NCBI GenBank assembly: GCA_963728915.1
Contig: CAVSLV010000001.1
Span: 288,001-352,000, forward strand
Direction of reading: 5' to 3'
DNA length: 64,000 nt
Source: an uncultured Gemmatimonadales bacterium
GTDB taxonomy: Bacteria > Gemmatimonadota > Gemmatimonadetes > Gemmatimonadales > GWC2-71-9
The position numbers and the translations under genes are program-made. The notes under the pieces are model-generated. The model was not told the DNA's origin. It was given only the letters and a program-made list of their open reading frames with translations, and did not search any database. The number at the start of each line of letters is the position of its first letter. Position 1 is the stretch's first letter. This document shows, one piece after another, positions 16,893 through 26,087 of the stretch.

Positions 16893-18710
16893 ATGCAAGT
16901 GAAGACAACGGTTGCCGCAAGCCTCGGATTGGTCGTCTGGATGGCGGCCCAGCCAGTGGAGGGTCAGCTCCGGGCGAATCGTCCGCCGCCGGTGCAGCCC
17001 AATCTTCCCCGTCTCCTGGTCGCGAACCCGTTCAGCTTTTCGGGCCAGGACTCGACCGCCGCGGTCCGGGTGGGCCACGGCATGCGGGAAGAGATCACAG
17101 GAATCGCGGACAAGTGGTACCGTACCGTAACCCGCGTTCAGATGAACGAGGCGCTCCAGCAATACGCCTATCCGGTCGACGCGCTTCTGCCGCCGATGGT
17201 CGCCAGGCAGCTCGCCGGCCAGCTCGGTCCCGCTCGGGTTGTCATTCTGTCCAACCTGGTGAAGGGAGAAAACGGGCGGTATACCATCGAAGCCCGGCTC
17301 GCGGGGATCAACGACGACGCGGGACAGGTCGTCAAGCTCACCCAGAACCCCAACGAATCGTTCGAAGACTTCGGCAAGCGAACCGCGCAGGCGCTGGCGC
17401 CGGCGTTCAAGGCCCTGCCGGACGCCCGGGATTGCGAGGCCAAGCGGGAAACCGACCCGGCCAAGGCCCAGGACGCGGCGACCAGGGCCATCAAGAATGT
17501 CCCCAACTCGGGACTGGCTCAGTTCTGTCTCGCCGAAATCAGCATCGCCAGGAAGGCACCGGCCGATTCGATCGTCGCGCACCTCAAGCTCGCCACCGAC
17601 GGAGATCCGCAATCGCTGCCGGCCTGGACCGCGCTGGCGGTGGAGTACCAGGCCAAGGCGGACAGCACCGCGACGGTCGAGACCTTCAAGCAGATGCTGC
17701 GGATCGCGCCCACCAACGAACAGCTCCGGAAAGAGGCCTTCCGGTTGTTCCTGAACTATGGTCAGACCGGCGCGGCGGAGCAGGTCGCCGACGAGGGACT
17801 CCAGATCGATCCCGCCAATGCCGATCTGTGGGACCTGAAGAGCAGCGCGTGCCTCTTCCAGGACACGCCGGAGAAGACTCGCTGTGCGATCGAAGCGCTC
17901 GAACGGGTGTACGAGCTCGACACGACCAAGGCCGATACCACCTTCTTCACCAAAATCACTTTCGCGGCGTCGCGGCCCTCTCTCGAGGTCAAGGCGATGG
18001 TGGATACCGCCGGCAAGGTGATCCCCCCGTCGCAAGGCGGAGTCCGGGACACCACGGTCGCGGTGGCCGACAGCCTGCGATTCCTCAAATGGGCGCAGCG
18101 CGGGCACGAGAAGTATCCCGACAATGTGGTCCTCCTCGGGCAGCTTGCCGAGGCGTACAGCCTGGCAGGACCGGTGGACAGCGCCGTGAGCGTGACCAAG
18201 CAGCTCATGGCGAAGGACTCCTCGGATATGAGCCCGGTGCTCCGGGTCATTCAGAAACTGGCCGCGGCCAAACGGCTTCGCGACGCGATGGCGCTGGGAC
18301 CGTATGTCGAGCGCCTGGGGAGTCCCGATGACAAGCAGAATTACGCGGCCATCCTCATCAAGCCGAGTTTTGAATCGATGCAGGTCCAGCCGCCCGATTG
18401 GGCCCTGGTGGCCGATGCGGGTCGGGAAATCGTCAAGTTCTCGGGGGCCGAATCGCCGGCCGCCACCTACGGCAACTACCTCTTGGGTCTCGGGCTGTTC
18501 CAGCAGGTCGCCGAAATGGATTCCGAGGCGACCACCAACAAAGCGTTTACTTGCGAGCTTGGTCAGAAGATGAAGAGCATGCTCGCTGAGGCCGAGCCGG
18601 CCATGAACGCTGGCAAATCGGTGGCTGAAGCGGTCATCACCGCTCGGCTCAATGCCATCCCGCAGTTCAACAAGCACGTGGATGCGATCATCAAACAATA
18701 TTGCAAGTAG
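16893..18710 (+). CDS. Exported alpha-helical (TPR-like) hypothetical protein
   Basis: 605 aa; GGAGG upstream; signal-peptide-like N-terminus; TPR-like segments (LRIAPTNEQL, LQIDPANADLW). Confidence 0.8.
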   Translation: MQVKTTVAASLGLVVWMAAQPVEGQLRANRPPPVQPNLPRLLVANPFSFSGQDSTAAVRVGHGMREEITGIADKWYRTVTRVQMNEALQQYAYPVDALLPPMVARQLAGQLGPARVVILSNLVKGENGRYTIEARLAGINDDAGQVVKLTQNPNESFEDFGKRTAQALAPAFKALPDARDCEAKRETDPAKAQDAATRAIKNVPNSGLAQFCLAEISIARKAPADSIVAHLKLATDGDPQSLPAWTALAVEYQAKADSTATVETFKQMLRIAPTNEQLRKEAFRLFLNYGQTGAAEQVADEGLQIDPANADLWDLKSSACLFQDTPEKTRCAIEALERVYELDTTKADTTFFTKITFAASRPSLEVKAMVDTAGKVIPPSQGGVRDTTVAVADSLRFLKWAQRGHEKYPDNVVLLGQLAEAYSLAGPVDSAVSVTKQLMAKDSSDMSPVLRVIQKLAAAKRLRDAMALGPYVERLGSPDDKQNYAAILIKPSFESMQVQPPDWALVADAGREIVKFSGAESPAATYGNYLLGLGLFQQVAEMDSEATTNKAFTCELGQKMKSMLAEAEPAMNAGKSVAEAVITARLNAIPQFNKHVDAIIKQYCK

Positions 18711-18729
18711 GGAGCGAGTGACCTAAATT
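18701..18729 (+). promoter_or_regulatory. Putative sigma70 promoter for tRNA-Asp (possibly also the dcw cluster)
   Basis: TTGCAA, 17-bp spacer, TAAATT, ending 15 nt before the tRNA. Confidence 0.6.
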
Positions 18730-18744
18730 TTCAGGCTGCACTAT

Positions 18745-18819
18745 GGGGCTGTAGCTCAGCTTGGTTAGAGTGCCGCACTGTCACTGCGGAGGTCGCGGGT
18801 TCGAGCCCCGTCAGCCCCG
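18745..18819 (+). tRNA. tRNA-Asp(GTC)
   Basis: Acceptor stem GGGGCTG/CAGCCCC, anticodon arm CCGCA-CTGTCAC-TGCGG, T loop TTCGAGC. CCA not encoded. Confidence 0.97.
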
Positions 18820-18835
18820 TCCCCCCGTGGTGTGG

Positions 18836-18870
18836 AACCGCCGTCCGGCGTCCCGGACGGCGGTTTTGTT
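18836..18870 (+). terminator. Intrinsic terminator-like hairpin after tRNA-Asp
   Basis: Perfect 13-bp stem AACCGCCGTCCGG-CGTC-CCGGACGGCGGTT followed by TTGTT. Confidence 0.75.
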
Positions 18871-18890
18871 ACCCCGGCCCTTGAGTACTC

Positions 18891-19940
18891 ATGGAGTCTG
18901 ATCCCGATTTCCGGTTCCATCGCCCGGTCCTCCTCCCGGAAGTCCTGAACGTCGCGCGCGGCGCGCGACGCGTCGTGGACGGCACTCTCGGCGATGGCGG
19001 TCATGCGGGTGCGCTCCGGGATGCCGGCGCGGACGTCCTCGCGATCGATCGTGATCCCGAGGCCATCGGCACCGCGCGGGAACGGCTGGGAACCGATCGG
19101 ATCCGTTACCTCACCGCTTCCTTCTCGAGCGAAGAAGCGCTCGCCGCGATCCGGAACTTCCAGCCCGAGTTCATTCTCCTCGACCTCGGGGTTTCCTCGC
19201 GCCAGCTCGACCAATCCGACCGGGGCTTCACGTTCCGGCCCGGGGCGCCGCTCGATATGCGAATGGGGAAGGAGGGCGCCAGCGCCGCCGACCTGCTCGA
19301 CCGGGCCCGCCCAGAGGAGCTGGCCGACTGGTTTCGGGATTTTGGCGATGAGCGGCGGAGCAGGAGACTTGCCGGAGAGATCGTCCGTCGGCGGGCCCGA
19401 GCGCGGTTCACCACGAGTGATGACCTGGTCAACGCGATTCGGGCGGTGCTCGGCGCCAGAGCCGGACCCGAGGACTTCGCCCGTCTGTTCCAGGCGGTGC
19501 GGATCGCGGTGAACCGGGAGCTCGAATCGCTCCAGGGGGCCCTTCCGAGCCTCCGGGATGCCCTTCCGGTTGGCGGCAGGCTCGCGGTCATCAGTTATCA
19601 TTCCGGAGAAGACCGCGTCGTCAAGCACGCTTTCCGCGAATGGAGCCGATCCTGCGTCTGCCCGAAGGGATCACCGGTATGCACCTGCCGGGGTCACCCG
19701 CTCGGCCGGGAGGTCGTGCGGAGCGGGGTCACTCCCGATCGGGAAGAAGTCACTGCCAATCCGCGCGCCCGGAGCGCGCGGCTTCGGGTGTTCCGTGTCG
19801 AGCGTAAAGCCGAAGAGCAACAAGCCGCGGGTGAAGGGACGGCACTGGATCGCGCTCTGGCTCCTGATCTTCCTGGGCGCCGCCGCCCTCATCGTAACCC
19901 GCCAGCGCTCGGCGATCCTGAGCGCGACCCGCCTGGGTGA
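18891..19940 (+). CDS. rsmH: 16S rRNA m4C1402 methyltransferase
   Basis: HRPVLLPEV, DGTLGDGGH, DLGVSSRQLD, RGF, PLDMRM, FQAVRIAVN, ISYHSGEDRVVK, NPRARSARLR. C-terminal tail overlaps the next gene. Confidence 0.95.
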   Translation: MESDPDFRFHRPVLLPEVLNVARGARRVVDGTLGDGGHAGALRDAGADVLAIDRDPEAIGTARERLGTDRIRYLTASFSSEEALAAIRNFQPEFILLDLGVSSRQLDQSDRGFTFRPGAPLDMRMGKEGASAADLLDRARPEELADWFRDFGDERRSRRLAGEIVRRRARARFTTSDDLVNAIRAVLGARAGPEDFARLFQAVRIAVNRELESLQGALPSLRDALPVGGRLAVISYHSGEDRVVKHAFREWSRSCVCPKGSPVCTCRGHPLGREVVRSGVTPDREEVTANPRARSARLRVFRVERKAEEQQAAGEGTALDRALAPDLPGRRRPHRNPPALGDPERDPPG

Positions 19941-20145
19941 CCTGCGCGAACAACGCCAGGCCCTGGAAGCGACCCGCGCCGAGCTGCTTCGGGCCATCTC
20001 CCAGGCGACCAGCCGGGAGATTCTGGTCCCCCGCATGCAGCGTCTCGGCCTCCATCTCCCCAGCGACACCGACAACATCCCGCTCCGGGTGGACACCACC
20101 GCGACCGGCAAGAAACCGGAGGCCCGGCCCGGCGGGGGCTCCTGA
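19795..20145 (+). CDS. ftsL: FtsL-like cell division protein
   Basis: Basic N-terminus, one TM helix (WIALWLLIFLGAAALIV), coiled coil and RLGL; lies between rsmH and ftsI. Start is GTG 19795 or 19831. Confidence 0.65.
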   Translation: MSSVKPKSNKPRVKGRHWIALWLLIFLGAAALIVTRQRSAILSATRLGDLREQRQALEATRAELLRAISQATSREILVPRMQRLGLHLPSDTDNIPLRVDTTATGKKPEARPGGGS

Positions 20146-22124
20146 TGGCCAAACCCAGGGCGCGGATCCTGGTGCTCCAGCTCGGCTTCGCCGCCGGCGT
20201 CCTGGTGGTGCTGGGTCGCGCCGCCTGGCTCCAGCTGGTCCAGGGCCGCGCGCTGTCCCGCCGCGCCGAAGAGCTGCGCACGGTGCCCCGCGAGCTCATG
20301 GCGCGACGGGGGACGATCTATGACCGGAATGGGACCCCGCTGGTCATTTCCCAGCCCAAGTTCCGGGTGCAGATCGCGCTCCGGGAAGTGCGGGACACCA
20401 CCCACCTGCTCCGGTTTTTCGCCAGCGATCTGGGCATTCGGGCCGACACCCTGCGGCGGTCGTTCCGGCGGGGCACGCCGCGCTATCCCTATTTCTACGG
20501 TCCATTCACCGCGCACCAGGTTGAGCGGCTCCGGGAGCTCGACGGCGTGTATCTCGAGACCACCTACAGCCGTTCCTATCCCAACGGAGTCCTGGCCTCC
20601 CCGATCATTGGCCAGCTCGACGCCGACGGTCTCAAGGGCGCCTCCGGACTGGAACGCACCCTCGATACGGTGCTCGCCGGGGTTCCCGGTCTCACCACCG
20701 ACCTCCGGGAATCCACCGGCCGTCGGATCGAGTCTCCCGGACGGCTCATCCGGGAACCGATCTCGGGTCACGACGTCACCCTCACGATCGATGCCGAGCT
20801 TCAGGGGATCGCGGAATACACCCTGGCGCGGGCGCTGCATGACTTTCATGCTCAGGGCGGAGACGTGGTGTTTCTGGATCCCCGTTCCGGTGAGCTGCTC
20901 GCCCTCGCGTCGCTCTCCGCCGGAGAGACCAGCGTCCCTTCCTTCTTCACCACCCCCTTCGAGCCGGGGTCCACTGCCAAGCCGTTCACCGCGGCCGCGC
21001 TGCTCACCCTGAACCGGGTGACCCCGACCGAAACGGTTTCCGGGAACAACGGAACCTGGACCTTCAACGTCACCTCGAGGTTGACCCGGACTATCCGCGA
21101 CGTGCACCCCGAGCGGGGCGAGCTGACCCTGGCCCGCGCGATCCAGAAGTCCAGCAACATCGGGATGGCGAAATTCGCGCTGAAGCTCCGGCCCGAGGAG
21201 CAGTACGATATGCTCCGGCGCTTCGGCTTCGGCGCTCCCACCGGGGTGGAGTTTCCGTCCGAAGCGATCGGCAACCTCATCCGGCCGAACCGCTGGCGGT
21301 TCGGCTACGATGGGCAGAGCGTCGCGATGGGGTACTCGTTCTCGGTGACGCCGGTGCAGCTCGCCGCAGCCTACGGGGCCCTGGCCAACGATGGCCTGCT
21401 GCTCGCCCCCACGCTGCTCCGCGATGTACGAGACACCGAGGGGAAAACCGTCTACCATCACCAGCCGGAAGTGATCCGGCGGGCCATCTCCTCCGAGGTT
21501 GCAGCCACCATTCGGGAGTTCCTGAACGAAGCCGCGAGCGATTCCGGCACCGGCGGTCGCGCCCAGGTACGGGGCGGGATTCTGGGAAAGACCGGGACGG
21601 CTCTGGTGGCCGAGCGGGGAGGGTACGAGAAAGGGCAGTACCGTGCTTCGTTCGCGGCTATCTACCCCGCGCGGGATCCCCAGCTGGTCGTCGTGGTGAC
21701 GATCGATCGCCCGCAGGGCGCCTACTACGGCGGGGTGATCGCGGCGCCGGTCACCGCCGACATGCTGCGCCAGGCCCTGGCCGCGAAGAACGGGGGACTG
21801 GACAAGTCTCCGCTGGGGGAAGTCGCTGCGGAGCCCGCGGACGAAGCGCGTGGAGAGCCGCCGGCTCGAGCGGCGGCGGAGCACAGCCAGGAGTCCAGTG
21901 TGGCTGTTCCGCTGGCCGACACGACCGCGCGGCTCGCACGGAGCGCGACCATTGTTCCCGACGTGACCGGCCGTTCCTTGCGCGACGCGGTCTTCGCGCT
22001 GCATCAGCGGGGCTTCCGGGTCCGGATCGAAGGGAACGGCCGACCCATTCGCACCTCCCCCGCCGCGGGCGATTCGCTCATGACCGGGAGCCTGGTCGTG
22101 TTGTTCGCGGACAAGAGCCCGTGA
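20145..22124 (+). CDS. ftsI: Class B penicillin-binding protein (FtsI) with C-terminal PASTA domain
   Basis: RGTIYDRNG, EPGSTAK (SxxK), SSN, KTGTA, VPDVTG. Confidence 0.93.
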   Translation: MAKPRARILVLQLGFAAGVLVVLGRAAWLQLVQGRALSRRAEELRTVPRELMARRGTIYDRNGTPLVISQPKFRVQIALREVRDTTHLLRFFASDLGIRADTLRRSFRRGTPRYPYFYGPFTAHQVERLRELDGVYLETTYSRSYPNGVLASPIIGQLDADGLKGASGLERTLDTVLAGVPGLTTDLRESTGRRIESPGRLIREPISGHDVTLTIDAELQGIAEYTLARALHDFHAQGGDVVFLDPRSGELLALASLSAGETSVPSFFTTPFEPGSTAKPFTAAALLTLNRVTPTETVSGNNGTWTFNVTSRLTRTIRDVHPERGELTLARAIQKSSNIGMAKFALKLRPEEQYDMLRRFGFGAPTGVEFPSEAIGNLIRPNRWRFGYDGQSVAMGYSFSVTPVQLAAAYGALANDGLLLAPTLLRDVRDTEGKTVYHHQPEVIRRAISSEVAATIREFLNEAASDSGTGGRAQVRGGILGKTGTALVAERGGYEKGQYRASFAAIYPARDPQLVVVVTIDRPQGAYYGGVIAAPVTADMLRQALAAKNGGLDKSPLGEVAAEPADEARGEPPARAAAEHSQESSVAVPLADTTARLARSATIVPDVTGRSLRDAVFALHQRGFRVRIEGNGRPIRTSPAAGDSLMTGSLVVLFADKSP

Positions 22125-23617
22125 ATCGCCCCGCCGAGCTGCTCGCGGCGCTTCGCCGGGAAGACCTCCTGCGCGACGCTCCGCCTCCCGACGTCCTCGA
22201 GCCCGCCACCGGGCTCACTACCGACAGCCGCCGGGTCGCACCGGGGACCGTGTTCATCGCAGTGCGAGGCTCCCAGCTCGATGGTCATCGATACGTGGGA
22301 CAGGCGGTGGAGCGGGGGGCCGTGGCGGTCGTGGTGGAGCAGCCGGTCGAGAGCCGGGTTCCCCAGCTCGTGGTCCGCGATGGCCGGCGCTCCGCCATCG
22401 CGATGGCCCGGGCCTGGTATCACGATCCCGGGGCGACCATGCGGCTGTTCGGGGTCACCGGGACCAACGGCAAGACCACCACCACCGGTATCCTGGCCCA
22501 TCTGCTCAACCGGAATGGCGACGCGGGGACCCTCGGCACGCTGGGAGCGTTCGACGGCTCGCGTCATCCGGTCCTGACCGAGGGCGAGTCGCTCACCACG
22601 CCGGGGCCGATCGACCTGCACGCCACGCTCGCCGCGTTGCGCGACCTGGGAGTCCGGCAGGTCGCGATGGAGGCTTCCTCGCACAGTCTCGATCAGGGGC
22701 GGCTCGACGGATTGGCGTTCGACGGCGTGGTGTTCACCAATCTGACCCAGGATCACCTGGACTATCACGGGACCATGGCGCACTACCTCGCGGCCAAGTT
22801 GCGCCTGCTCGGTCTGTGCCGGAAGGACTCGGTGCTGGCCGTGAATGCGGATGACCCCTCCTGGGCCGCGATTCCCCGCGGCGCCGCCATGGTGACTTTC
22901 GGCGAGAGCACCGATGCCGATCTCCGCGCCGCGGACCCGGTTGTGGACGGGCGGGGCTGCCGCTTCCGGTTCGAGGGGCGGTTCGGGATCCGGGAGGCCG
23001 AGGTTCCGCTGCCGGGCCGGTTCAATATCGCGAATGCGCTGGGTGCGTCGGCCTGCGCGTTAGGCCTGGGCCTGACGCTCGCCGAGGTGACCGATCGTCT
23101 CGCCGGAGCGCCCCAGGTGCCGGGGCGGATGGAACGGATCGTCGCGGAGCCGTGCCTGGTGCTCCGGGACTACGCCCACACTCCCGATGCGCTGAGCCGC
23201 GCCCTCGAAACCCTGCGGCCACTCACCGAGGGGCGGTTGATCGTGGTGTTCGGGTGCGGAGGCGATCGGGACCGGGGGAAACGGCCCATCATGGGGCGGA
23301 TCGCCGGAACCGGGGCGGACTTCGCCATCGTGAGCTCGGATAACCCGCGGACCGAGGACCCCGAATCCATCATCGATGAAATCGTCGCCGGGCTTCCGTC
23401 CGGCGTCGCCTTCCGGCGGATGGTGGATCGGCGCGAAGCGATCCAGGCCGCGGTGGAAATGGCCGGCCCCCGCGATACGGTACTGCTCGCGGGCAAGGGC
23501 CATGAGACCTACCAGGTGCTCGGCACCACCAAAGTCCCGTTCGACGAACGCGAGATTGTACTCGGGATCGTGGATCAGCCTCGCCGCGAGACCGGGGACG
23601 ATGATGCGCTGGACTGA
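22121..23617 (+). CDS. murE: UDP-MurNAc-tripeptide synthetase, meso-DAP type
   Basis: GVTGTNGKTT, MEASSH, FTNLTQDHLDYH, DYAHTPD, DNPR, AGKGHE. Confidence 0.96.
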   Translation: MNRPAELLAALRREDLLRDAPPPDVLEPATGLTTDSRRVAPGTVFIAVRGSQLDGHRYVGQAVERGAVAVVVEQPVESRVPQLVVRDGRRSAIAMARAWYHDPGATMRLFGVTGTNGKTTTTGILAHLLNRNGDAGTLGTLGAFDGSRHPVLTEGESLTTPGPIDLHATLAALRDLGVRQVAMEASSHSLDQGRLDGLAFDGVVFTNLTQDHLDYHGTMAHYLAAKLRLLGLCRKDSVLAVNADDPSWAAIPRGAAMVTFGESTDADLRAADPVVDGRGCRFRFEGRFGIREAEVPLPGRFNIANALGASACALGLGLTLAEVTDRLAGAPQVPGRMERIVAEPCLVLRDYAHTPDALSRALETLRPLTEGRLIVVFGCGGDRDRGKRPIMGRIAGTGADFAIVSSDNPRTEDPESIIDEIVAGLPSGVAFRRMVDRREAIQAAVEMAGPRDTVLLAGKGHETYQVLGTTKVPFDEREIVLGIVDQPRRETGDDDALD

Positions 23618-24953
23618 TCGGGAGGTCCGCGCCGCCCTGGGCCTGGGTGGAGTCGCGGGGCAGAATCACTATGCCGGAATCTCCACCGACACCCGGACCC
23701 TCGCCGCCCATTCGCTCTTCGTGGCTCTTCGAGGTGATCGGTTCGATGGCCATGCGTTTCTGCGCGAAGCCGCGGCCCGCGGCGCGAGCGGTGCGGTGGT
23801 CGCCCAGGATGCCGAGCCGGTGCCGGGGCTCGAGCTGTACCGGGTACCCGACCCGCTCATCGCACTGGGACAGCTCGCCCACTATCGGCGGAAGGCCGTC
23901 GCGGGACCGGTCATCGCGATCACCGGCACCAACGGGAAGACCTCCACCAAGGAGATGGTGGCCGCGGTGCTCCGGACCCGCTATCGCACCCATGCCACCG
24001 CCAGGAACCTGAACAATCTGGTTGGAGTCCCCCAGACGATTCTCGAAGCCCCCGACGATACCGAGGCCCTGGTGATCGAAGCCGGGGCGAGCCTGCCGGG
24101 CGAGATTGCCCGGGCCCGGGAGATCATCGAGCCGAGTATCGCCGTCATTACCAATGTGGCCCCGGGCCACCTGGAGGGATTCGGCGGAATCGATCAGGTG
24201 ATGACGGAAAAACTTTCCCTGGCCGACGGCATCCCGGTCGCGGTGGTGGGAACCGAACCGCCCGCTCTCGCGGAGCTGGCCCGGAAGAAGGCGCGCAAGG
24301 TGCTCACTGCCGGACTCTCCCATGCCGATCGCACTCCCACCGCGGTGGAGGTGACCGCGGATGGACGACCCCGGGTCAGCGCGATGGGGACCAGCTTCGT
24401 GCTGGATGCGAGAGGGCGGCATCAGGCAGGCAACGCGATGCTCGCCCTGACGGTGGGCGAGGTGCTCGGTCTGATTCCCGAAAAGATGGCGCGGGCGCTC
24501 GAGTCGCTCGAGCTGCCGGGAGGGCGGGGCGAGCTCATCCAGGCCGGCGCGCTCACCATCCTCGACGATTCCTATAACGCCAACCCGGCCTCGTTCCGGG
24601 CCGCGATCGAGCTGGCCCGAAGCCTCCGAGCCGGCCGCCGGCTGGTGTTCGTCGCCGGCACCATGCGGGAGCTTGGTCCCCTCTCGGAGTCCCTGCACCG
24701 GGAGACCGCCAGTCAGCTCGCGGCACTCCGGCCCGACCTTCTGGCCGGCGTCGGCGCCTTCGGTGAGGCGCTGGTTCCCTACCAGGAGTCCTTCGGGGAC
24801 CGGATGATTCTCGCGGAAGACGCGGCCGGGTTGTCGCAGCAGCTGGCGTCCATGCTGCATGGTGACGAATTGATCGTGCTCAAGGGCAGTCGGGGCGTTG
24901 CATTGGAACGGCTGATCCCCGATCTTGTGGCACGCGCGTCTCCCAGCGACTGA
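23601..24953 (+). CDS. murF: UDP-MurNAc-pentapeptide synthetase
   Basis: FDGHAF, ITGTNGKTSTKE, NLNNLVGVP, HLEGFG, DDSYNANP, LKGSRG. Confidence 0.95.
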   Translation: MMRWTDREVRAALGLGGVAGQNHYAGISTDTRTLAAHSLFVALRGDRFDGHAFLREAAARGASGAVVAQDAEPVPGLELYRVPDPLIALGQLAHYRRKAVAGPVIAITGTNGKTSTKEMVAAVLRTRYRTHATARNLNNLVGVPQTILEAPDDTEALVIEAGASLPGEIARAREIIEPSIAVITNVAPGHLEGFGGIDQVMTEKLSLADGIPVAVVGTEPPALAELARKKARKVLTAGLSHADRTPTAVEVTADGRPRVSAMGTSFVLDARGRHQAGNAMLALTVGEVLGLIPEKMARALESLELPGGRGELIQAGALTILDDSYNANPASFRAAIELARSLRAGRRLVFVAGTMRELGPLSESLHRETASQLAALRPDLLAGVGAFGEALVPYQESFGDRMILAEDAAGLSQQLASMLHGDELIVLKGSRGVALERLIPDLVARASPSD

Positions 24954-24959
24954 GGGTCG

Positions 24960-26087
24960 ATGCTGTATCACTTATTGGCCCCGCTCGGGCGGGACCACAT
25001 CCTGTTCAACCTCTTCACGTACATCAGTTTTCGCGCCGCCGGGGCGATGGTGACGGCGTTGCTTCTGGCGTTCCTGATCGGTCCCGGGATCATCCGGCAG
25101 CTTCGGGCCCGGAAGGTCGGCCAGGTGATTCGCTCGGATTTTTTGGCGAGCCATCAGAGCAAGCGCGGGGTCCCCACCATGGGCGGGCTCATCATTCTGC
25201 TCGCGACGGTGATCCCGACTCTGCTCTGGGCCCCGCTCGACAATCGGTTCGTGGTGGTGGCGCTGGTCGCATTGCTGTGGACCGGCGCGATCGGCTTTCT
25301 CGACGACTACCTCAAGGTCGTCGAAGGGAAATCCCGGGGGCTGGTGGCCAAGTGGAAGCTGGCGGGCCAGGTGGTCTTCGGCCTGGCCCTGGGGCTGTTC
25401 CTGCTCAAGTGGCCGGTGGTGCATCCCGGTACGATTCCCGCCAACGCCACCACCCTTCCGTTCCTCAAGTACACCCTGGTCACCTTCGCCCCGGTCCTGT
25501 ACGTGCTGTTCGTCACGCTGGTAGTGACCGGCAGCAGCAACGCGGTGAACATGACCGATGGGCTCGACGGCCTCGCGACCGGACTCACCGCGATTGCGGC
25601 GGCCGCATTCGCCTTCTTCGCCTACGTGCTGGGCCGGGTGGATTCCACCGCCTATCTCCAGTTCTACTACCTGCCCGGGGCCGGCGAGCTGACCGTGTTC
25701 TGCGCCGCCCTCATGGGCGGCGCGTTAGGGTTTCTCTGGTTCAACGCCCCGCCGGCCCAGGTCATCATGGGCGACACCGGCTCCCTGGGGATCGGTGGGG
25801 CGCTCGGCACCGTCGCCATTCTGCTCAAGGCCGAGTTTCTGCTGCTCATCATCGGCGGGGTGTTCGTCGCGGAGCAGCTGTCGGTGATGCTGCAGGTCGG
25901 CCGGTTCAAGTGGCTCAAGCGCACCCGCGGGCTGGAGTACGCCCAGGCCCACCGGGTCTTCCGGATGGCCCCGCTGCACCACCACTTCGAGAAGCTGGGC
26001 TGGACCGAGCACACCGTGGTGATCCGGTTCTATATCCTGGGCATCTTCTGCGCGCTGGTGGCGCTCGCCACGCTCAAGCTCCGATGA
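24960..26087 (+). CDS. mraY: Phospho-MurNAc-pentapeptide transferase
   Basis: PTMGG, GFLDDYLK, NAVNMTDGLDGL, MGDTGSL, MAPLHHHFE. Confidence 0.97.
   Translation: MLYHLLAPLGRDHILFNLFTYISFRAAGAMVTALLLAFLIGPGIIRQLRARKVGQVIRSDFLASHQSKRGVPTMGGLIILLATVIPTLLWAPLDNRFVVVALVALLWTGAIGFLDDYLKVVEGKSRGLVAKWKLAGQVVFGLALGLFLLKWPVVHPGTIPANATTLPFLKYTLVTFAPVLYVLFVTLVVTGSSNAVNMTDGLDGLATGLTAIAAAAFAFFAYVLGRVDSTAYLQFYYLPGAGELTVFCAALMGGALGFLWFNAPPAQVIMGDTGSLGIGGALGTVAILLKAEFLLLIIGGVFVAEQLSVMLQVGRFKWLKRTRGLEYAQAHRVFRMAPLHHHFEKLGWTEHTVVIRFYILGIFCALVALATLKLR

Noticed and set aside
16771..18870. tRNA-anchored genomic island or prophage
   Set aside because: No integrase, transposase or phage gene, and no duplicated tRNA 3' end noticed.
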